14,139 nucleotides of DNA, from contig JBMOPW010000018.1 in NCBI GenBank assembly GCA_049322915.1, positions 1 through 14,139 of the forward strand, written 5' to 3'. The stretch is from Candidatus Zhuqueibacterota bacterium (GTDB taxonomy: Bacteria; Zhuqueibacterota; Zhuqueibacteria; Thermofontimicrobiales; Thermofontimicrobiaceae). Under the pieces are notes generated by a model that saw only the letters and a list, made by a program, of their open reading frames with translations, did no database searches and was not told where the DNA came from. Numbering within the stretch: position 1 is the first letter of the stretch; each line of letters begins with the position of its first letter. This document shows positions 10,601-14,139 of this stretch, piece after piece. Both the position numbers and the translations under genes were made by a program.

Positions 10601-10708
10601 AGCGGGGCGCATGTCCGGGTGCGTCGCGGCAGAATCCGTACGGCTGGTGTCCTGGGCCGGGAGGGTGAGCGGGATGAAGAGAAAGAGGATAAGTATCAGA
10701 TGTTTCAT
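7700..10708 (-). CDS. Membrane-anchored NACHT NTPase with C-terminal FGE-sulfatase/SUMF1 (CLec-fold) domain; probable DGR target (1002 aa)
   Basis: ATG 10708 follows GGGGA (alternative ATG 10720). Signal peptide MKHLILILFLFIPLTLPA, TM helix WVAIATFAVALLALFF, charged coiled coil. Walker A GDPGSGKTT (~9983-10009), Walker B LILLDGLDEI, IVTSR, SPLLL, FRHKSFREYLA. FGE motifs HPVTNKRY, PVTSVTWYDAMAYC, RLPHEREWEWAA, MAGNVWEW, RGGSW, GFRVV. Confidence 0.92.
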   Translation of the reverse strand: MKHLILILFLFIPLTLPAQDTSRTDSAATHPDMRPAPQQSPMGNAQQSREDASPNWVAIATFAVALLALFFEMYRHLNKKHERELERIRQEEKKLHEQELERIRLEERERHEKEIEAYKIELEKKLAAAQAEGLKNFDQSQNAKKVRTAEQVLKDALIEELGAITLLGSPHVQSVPVSLMGAFVNLRLSETWRSEDPYQSPHRETAEAQAAQDLAPDEIIKRAFARKRLLLIIGDPGSGKTTLLKYYAMACLEGNASRLGLPEDVFVLYFPLRDLDVGKSLSANLTLWTNCHECTTDEQVFEDWLREKKTLILLDGLDEISSVEARKKACTWIDQKAAGLPSARFIVTSRWTGYAKLDGIELVFAHVRADIREFSWDQQQEFLGKWFRAVAQQEIPPPDAPADWREKNIRAGERKAGELIDYLAKKENQAVRKLADSPLLLQIIALLGRERTFHAHNRTELFSAAMNYLLDYRDRQRGLNPLLPADQATAALAPASLWMQEKIGRDDVSRQEMHDKLQPLITPMKEDLTAKAFCDNLCKRAGILAPWGDANYIFRHKSFREYLASLQMKKQAGEDDYLNQLAAHFGNAWWEEPLRFFMGTPDADLFDRFMAALFASAVTDDLTQAQQTLLELLISDAPAKKTDALWQRLSATGISADKKRYILNCLKTIGTKEARHLIAQYGKRRDTAARHARDMAAEFERPAPISAPAAATLFETKPTSFRNPLEENAEYILIPGGTYTFTVTKKKVTVPDTYFAKHPVTNKRYNRFIAYLRGEAEDLNGLLLLNSFIEQLLEFSKIEEGYKKYLGEDPKQWPKKLASKEDNKKFLGSDQPVTSVTWYDAMAYCLWLTLLGTASGKSKNSVTLAEATLHYRLPHEREWEWAAFGQPDGSLREFPWPSDKGEPTPKLANYGQNVGATTPVDRYPDGSTPQGLMNMAGNVWEWQSNNHDMYPAARSLRGGSWDSDDTHLRRPSRVCDDPDGGWSFVGFRVVFSESKVFDTLEI
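7733..7840 (-). other. Candidate DGR variable region (VR)
   Basis: Encodes RGGSWDSDDTHLRRPSRVCDDPDGGWSFVGFRVVFS. Of 36 consecutive codons, 34 end in C/T and the other two are TGG, as expected for codons derived from AAY by adenine-specific mutagenesis. Confidence 0.65.
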
Positions 10709-10860
10709 ATTCGTCCCCATTGAATGATACGTTGTTGTCACAGTGGTAACAGGGGAAACATCGTATTTTTTTATCAAAAAGTCAAGACATATTTGTAACA
10801 GGTGGAATAGTGCACTGCAAAAGAGGAAATTTTCGTTGGCCGTACATCGCAAATTTGGGC

Positions 10861-10889
10861 TTGACTTTTTGAATTGAAATTGCTAATTT
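10861..10889 (+). promoter_or_regulatory. Putative sigma70 promoter of the toxin-antitoxin operon
   Basis: TTGACT (10861-10866), 17-bp spacer, TAATTT (10884-10889), preceded by an extended -10 TG at 10881-10882. Confidence 0.6.
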
Positions 10890-10925
10890 TAAGCGACCAT
10901 AATTTTAAATTTGAAAGGTTCAGTC

Positions 10926-11240
10926 ATGCGAATAAAGCAGTTCAACAATATTTCGGATTCGGATATTTGGGATTTGTCAAAGACCGATGATATTATTTTC
11001 ACCAAAGAAGGCAGTGAAGAGCAACGTGTTTTAATCAATTTTGAAACGTACAAAGCCATCAAAAAGGCGCTTGCAAACCGATCAAAAATTTCTGACAATT
11101 TAACGGCAGCAGAATCCTTCGACCTGAATCCATTTTTGCAGGATTTAATCGACATTGTAAACACAGACCAATTCGAGGACATCACTGACAACGATCATTA
11201 TTTCGAAAACTTTGTAAGGAAACTGAATCAAGGTGAATAG
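10926..11240 (+). CDS. Putative antitoxin, Phd/YefM-like N-terminus (104 aa)
   Basis: GAAAGG RBS before ATG 10926. IIFTKEGSEEQRVLINFETYKAI resembles the Phd/YefM IIT..G....VLI..E.Y pattern. Acidic C-terminus. Overlaps the next gene by 8 nt. Confidence 0.6.
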   Translation: MRIKQFNNISDSDIWDLSKTDDIIFTKEGSEEQRVLINFETYKAIKKALANRSKISDNLTAAESFDLNPFLQDLIDIVNTDQFEDITDNDHYFENFVRKLNQGE

Positions 11241-11535
11241 TTATCATGTCATCGTATCTTCCACTTTCAAAAAATCTCTCGCCCAAATATGCTCTTCTCT
11301 CACAAAAAAGCAATCGCTTAAATTGGCAAAATCAATTGACAATTTAATATTGATCCTCAAGATTTTCCCTGAAAGTTTTCCCATCATTCAATTTGAGAAG
11401 CACAGTGAATTGCCTTTCAGAAAAGCTGTATTATCCAAAGAGTTTATTGTCGTGTATTTATTTCAAAAGGAAAAAGTGTACCTGGTTAATATTTTTCCCA
11501 CCTCGCTGAACTGGCAATCAAATATTTTCAAATAA
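11233..11535 (+). CDS. Putative RelE/ParE-family toxin (100 aa)
   Basis: GTG start coupled to the upstream stop (GTGAATAG). YHVIVSSTFKKSL..I..L..FPESFP..FRKAVL..FIVVY..VYLVNIF matches the RelE/ParE pattern. Basic and about 100 aa. Confidence 0.72.
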   Translation: MNSYHVIVSSTFKKSLAQICSSLTKKQSLKLAKSIDNLILILKIFPESFPIIQFEKHSELPFRKAVLSKEFIVVYLFQKEKVYLVNIFPTSLNWQSNIFK

Positions 11536-11780
11536 CCACGGCAGGTTGGTACGTTGGATGTGGAATTTTATTTTTAGTGAATAAGACCAAATGAAAAAAA
11601 ACGGGCATTGTTGTTATTAATTTTGAACAACCAGGGAGAAACAAAACAATGTACCTGTTTTTCAAAAGCGAGGAAAAAATAGTTGGAAAATGTGCAGCGA
11701 TTTTTATTGGGAAACACCATCCATATTGGCGCCATTGTAACTGGCGTTGTCCATGCCGGCCGGGCTGGCTGCGACAGCCG

Positions 11781-12011
11781 CTACCCGCCGCCGACTTTCT
11801 GGAACAGCTTCACTTCGTCACCGGGACTGAGTCGCTGCGACAGCGGCGCGCGCGAGCCATTCACCGCTGCAAAGGCGATTTCGTCCGCCGGCGTCTGCGC
11901 CAACTCCAGGACCGCGGCCACAGTGGCGCCCTCCGGCAGGTCAAGCGTTTGTTCCGGCTGGCCGGCGTTGTACTTTTTCAGATTGCCGTGAAAGACGAGC
12001 GTTATTCTCAT
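11781..12011 (-). CDS. MoaD/ThiS-family ubiquitin-like sulfur carrier (76 aa)
   Basis: MRITLVFHGNLKKY..LPEGATVAAVLE..AVNG..LSPGDEVKLFQKVGGG* with C-terminal Gly-Gly. GAGG lies 9 nt upstream of ATG 12011. Confidence 0.88.
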   Translation of the reverse strand: MRITLVFHGNLKKYNAGQPEQTLDLPEGATVAAVLELAQTPADEIAFAAVNGSRAPLSQRLSPGDEVKLFQKVGGG

Positions 12012-12404
12012 TGCAATGGGCCTCATGTGAGATGAGTTGTGATGAAGGAACTTGAACCTGGGAAGCTAATAAATTTTTACCACTGAATCAACCTGAATTT
12101 TATACGCATTCAGCCGGACGCGATACGTCCACATTGACCTGGTGTGCGCTGCTTTCACGCGTCGCCCGTCTGCCGCCATTGGGACAGAGGCGATGCGTCC
12201 ATCTTCGGTTCGATTGGAATTCACCTGACTCCGGTGGCCGGACAGCCATGAAATTCATTTTTTATAATTTAGCTCTTGATTCATTGCAAATTTTTTTTTA
12301 TGTTACGGCACTGACACACGCACTTTGAACGAGTGAGACGGCTGAACGATTAATACGAATGACCAGTAGAAATTTTGGCACCTATATCATTATTGGACAT
12401 ACGC

Positions 12405-12432
12405 GTAGAGGACGGTCGCGACCGTCCACTAC
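12405..12432. repeat. GTAG-type REP-like palindrome
   Basis: GTAG-A-GGACGGTCGCGACCGTCC-A-CTAC: a perfect 18-bp palindromic core (12410-12427) flanked by GTAG/CTAC. Confidence 0.7.
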
Positions 12433-12585
12433 AGACACAAAAAAGTATCGAATTTATTGCACATGCGTTCAACTGGTCAATCATATTGTAGCGTAATATG
12501 AACCTCATATTTTCCAAGAGTTGACCATACTATTTTTATCAACGGACTCCCATATCGCTCATTCAAAACAAAGGAGGATGATTCC

Positions 12586-13956
12586 ATGTCGACGTTTGAA
12601 ACCAAAGTATCTGATATTTTCAAGGAAAATCCCAGGCTGGTCCGAAAAATACCTGTTGTCATCAAACGATTGTTCCGCGAATCCGAGGCTGATTTCAGAA
12701 GGCGAATTGACAATTTGCCGGAAAGTGAACAAGAGACCGAATTGATGCGGCTGTTCGACATCCTTTACATTGATTTCTATTTTGATGAACTTAAAGGCAA
12801 TTTCATCAGTTGGGTTGTCAAAAATTATCCGGAGCGATTTACCCCAGCGGAATTAGAGGAAATGCAGGCGCAAGCCGTTTCGCATCTCGATTATTTTGAA
12901 GTTCAGGAAGCGATACCGGGAAAAGGCAGCTACGTCAAATCGCTCACAACCAACAGCGAAGGGTTTTTAAAAGATATCTCAACCTCATCCCAATTGGTCA
13001 AATGGGATATTTTATTATCCCGCTTTTATTTTTATAAAAATAACTATTATGCGACAGGGGCCGCATTGGCGTACACCCCGAATGATAAAGAATTCCTTTT
13101 GGAACGAATCGGGAAGGCCTATCAGGAATATGTGAAAGCCAACCCCGGTGCAGACTATGCCGAATTTGCCAAGCGCCGATGGGATATTTTTTACACGATC
13201 GATGCCGACCTGCGCGAGCGTGCTTTGAACAAAAAAATATATACATCCTTCGGTGAATTTCAATTCTGCGAAGTCCGCTTCAATGTGAATAACCATCGGG
13301 CCATCTTGAATAAGATTAAAACGTTGGACGAGTTCGAATTTATTGAAACCAAAATGGTCAACCGGGGAAAGAAGAAAAATATTCCACGCTTCAGTTTCGA
13401 TTGGATCACACGGGGACTAGAGGAGAAGCTGAATCCCATCCGAACCAATGAGAGAAGCGACGGATACTTCATTCAGATGAATCAGGTGGATTTGGAAGGC
13501 AATCAGATCGGATTTGAAAGTATCGGGAATTTTTACATCGATGCCATGCTTGGCCGGCTCGAAACAAAATCGCTGGAGCTTGCTGAGTTTGCCAGACGCC
13601 ATTTCACCGAAGTGTTCGGCAGTGCACTCACCTTTAAGCGAATTAACAAAATTAGTTTAGATAGTGCGATGAAAGCTCATGGAGAATCCGATGAGCAGGA
13701 ACCTTCCGGCGAGGTTGAAGTTAATCCAGCCCTGAGAGCCAAAATCGAAGAACAGTTATATCTTAATATGCTGGACGATGAAATTCCCATGTTGCAGCAT
13801 AAATCACCCCGCGAAGCAGCTAAAATACCGGAACTGCGTCCCATACTGATTGACTGGCTCAAAGGTATTGAGAACCAATCGGAACGAAGACAGAAATCCG
13901 GGGAAGAGGGTTTCTCTCTTGACAGAATAAAAAAGGAATTGGGAATTAGTTGGTGA
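12586..13956 (+). CDS. Hypothetical protein (456 aa) with a C-terminal Xre/MbcA/ParS-C-like motif
   Basis: Strong AAGGAGG RBS and long ORF. C-terminal LDDEIPMLQHKSPREAA..LIDWLKGIEN..LDRIKKELGI resembles the tail of proteins often annotated as SEC-C domain or DUF2384-like. Confidence 0.75.
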   Translation: MSTFETKVSDIFKENPRLVRKIPVVIKRLFRESEADFRRRIDNLPESEQETELMRLFDILYIDFYFDELKGNFISWVVKNYPERFTPAELEEMQAQAVSHLDYFEVQEAIPGKGSYVKSLTTNSEGFLKDISTSSQLVKWDILLSRFYFYKNNYYATGAALAYTPNDKEFLLERIGKAYQEYVKANPGADYAEFAKRRWDIFYTIDADLRERALNKKIYTSFGEFQFCEVRFNVNNHRAILNKIKTLDEFEFIETKMVNRGKKKNIPRFSFDWITRGLEEKLNPIRTNERSDGYFIQMNQVDLEGNQIGFESIGNFYIDAMLGRLETKSLELAEFARRHFTEVFGSALTFKRINKISLDSAMKAHGESDEQEPSGEVEVNPALRAKIEEQLYLNMLDDEIPMLQHKSPREAAKIPELRPILIDWLKGIENQSERRQKSGEEGFSLDRIKKELGISW

Positions 13957-14012
13957 GGAAGACCGATTTGAACCAATCGCCGGCGTCGGGATGGGGCAAT
14001 CCGTTTTGGCCG

Positions 14013-14139
14013 GTAATTGATCACAGGGGATCAAAAGTTGTATTTGTTTACTTTGGACAGGATAACAGGATGATAATGATTTACCGGATTATTCTCTATC
14101 CGGTAATATCCTCACCTTTCTTTTTACTTCTACCTTATG
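14013..14139. repeat. Right copy of the perfect 127-bp inverted repeat
   Basis: Exact reverse complement of 1-127. Confidence 0.97.

Noticed and set aside
10709..10852. N-terminal 48-aa extension of the NACHT ORF from the ORF track (start 10852)
   Set aside because: It runs through AT-rich promoter-like DNA. ATG 10708 has an RBS-like GGGGA and begins a clean signal peptide.
12477..12570. Possible RAYT transposase remnant on the - strand (LNERYGSPLIKIVWSTL) near the GTAG palindrome
   Set aside because: The resemblance is faint and there is no MPNH/HUH motif; not supportable without a profile search.
13975..14012. Intrinsic terminator after the 456-aa gene
   Set aside because: Only a weak, imperfect stem with no clear U-tract after it.

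Overview
A 14.1-kb bacterial region, probably a whole assembled contig, because bases 1-127 are the exact reverse complement of 14013-14139. The GC-rich left half (+ strand) encodes a membrane-anchored Ser/Thr kinase, a nucleoside phosphorylase, an alpha/beta hydrolase (monoacylglycerol lipase/lysophospholipase type), glycerol kinase (glpK) and a secreted DUF6599-like protein, followed by a ~620-bp array of REP-like palindromic units. The right half holds the most interesting element, on the - strand: a ~1000-aa signal peptide/TM/coiled-coil/NACHT/FGE-sulfatase (CLec-fold) protein. Its last ~36 codons look like the variable region (VR) of a diversity-generating retroelement (DGR). It is followed by an unannotated 36-codon ORF with a strong RBS that resembles the N-terminus of the DGR accessory protein Avd and stops exactly where the REP array begins. 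I found no template repeat (TR) or reverse transcriptase in the window, so this looks like a broken or remote DGR target cassette acting on an NLR-like protein. Further right are an AT-rich Phd/YefM-RelE/ParE-like toxin-antitoxin pair, an orphan MoaD/ThiS protein and a 456-aa hypothetical protein. All family calls come from motif recognition by eye, not database searches.
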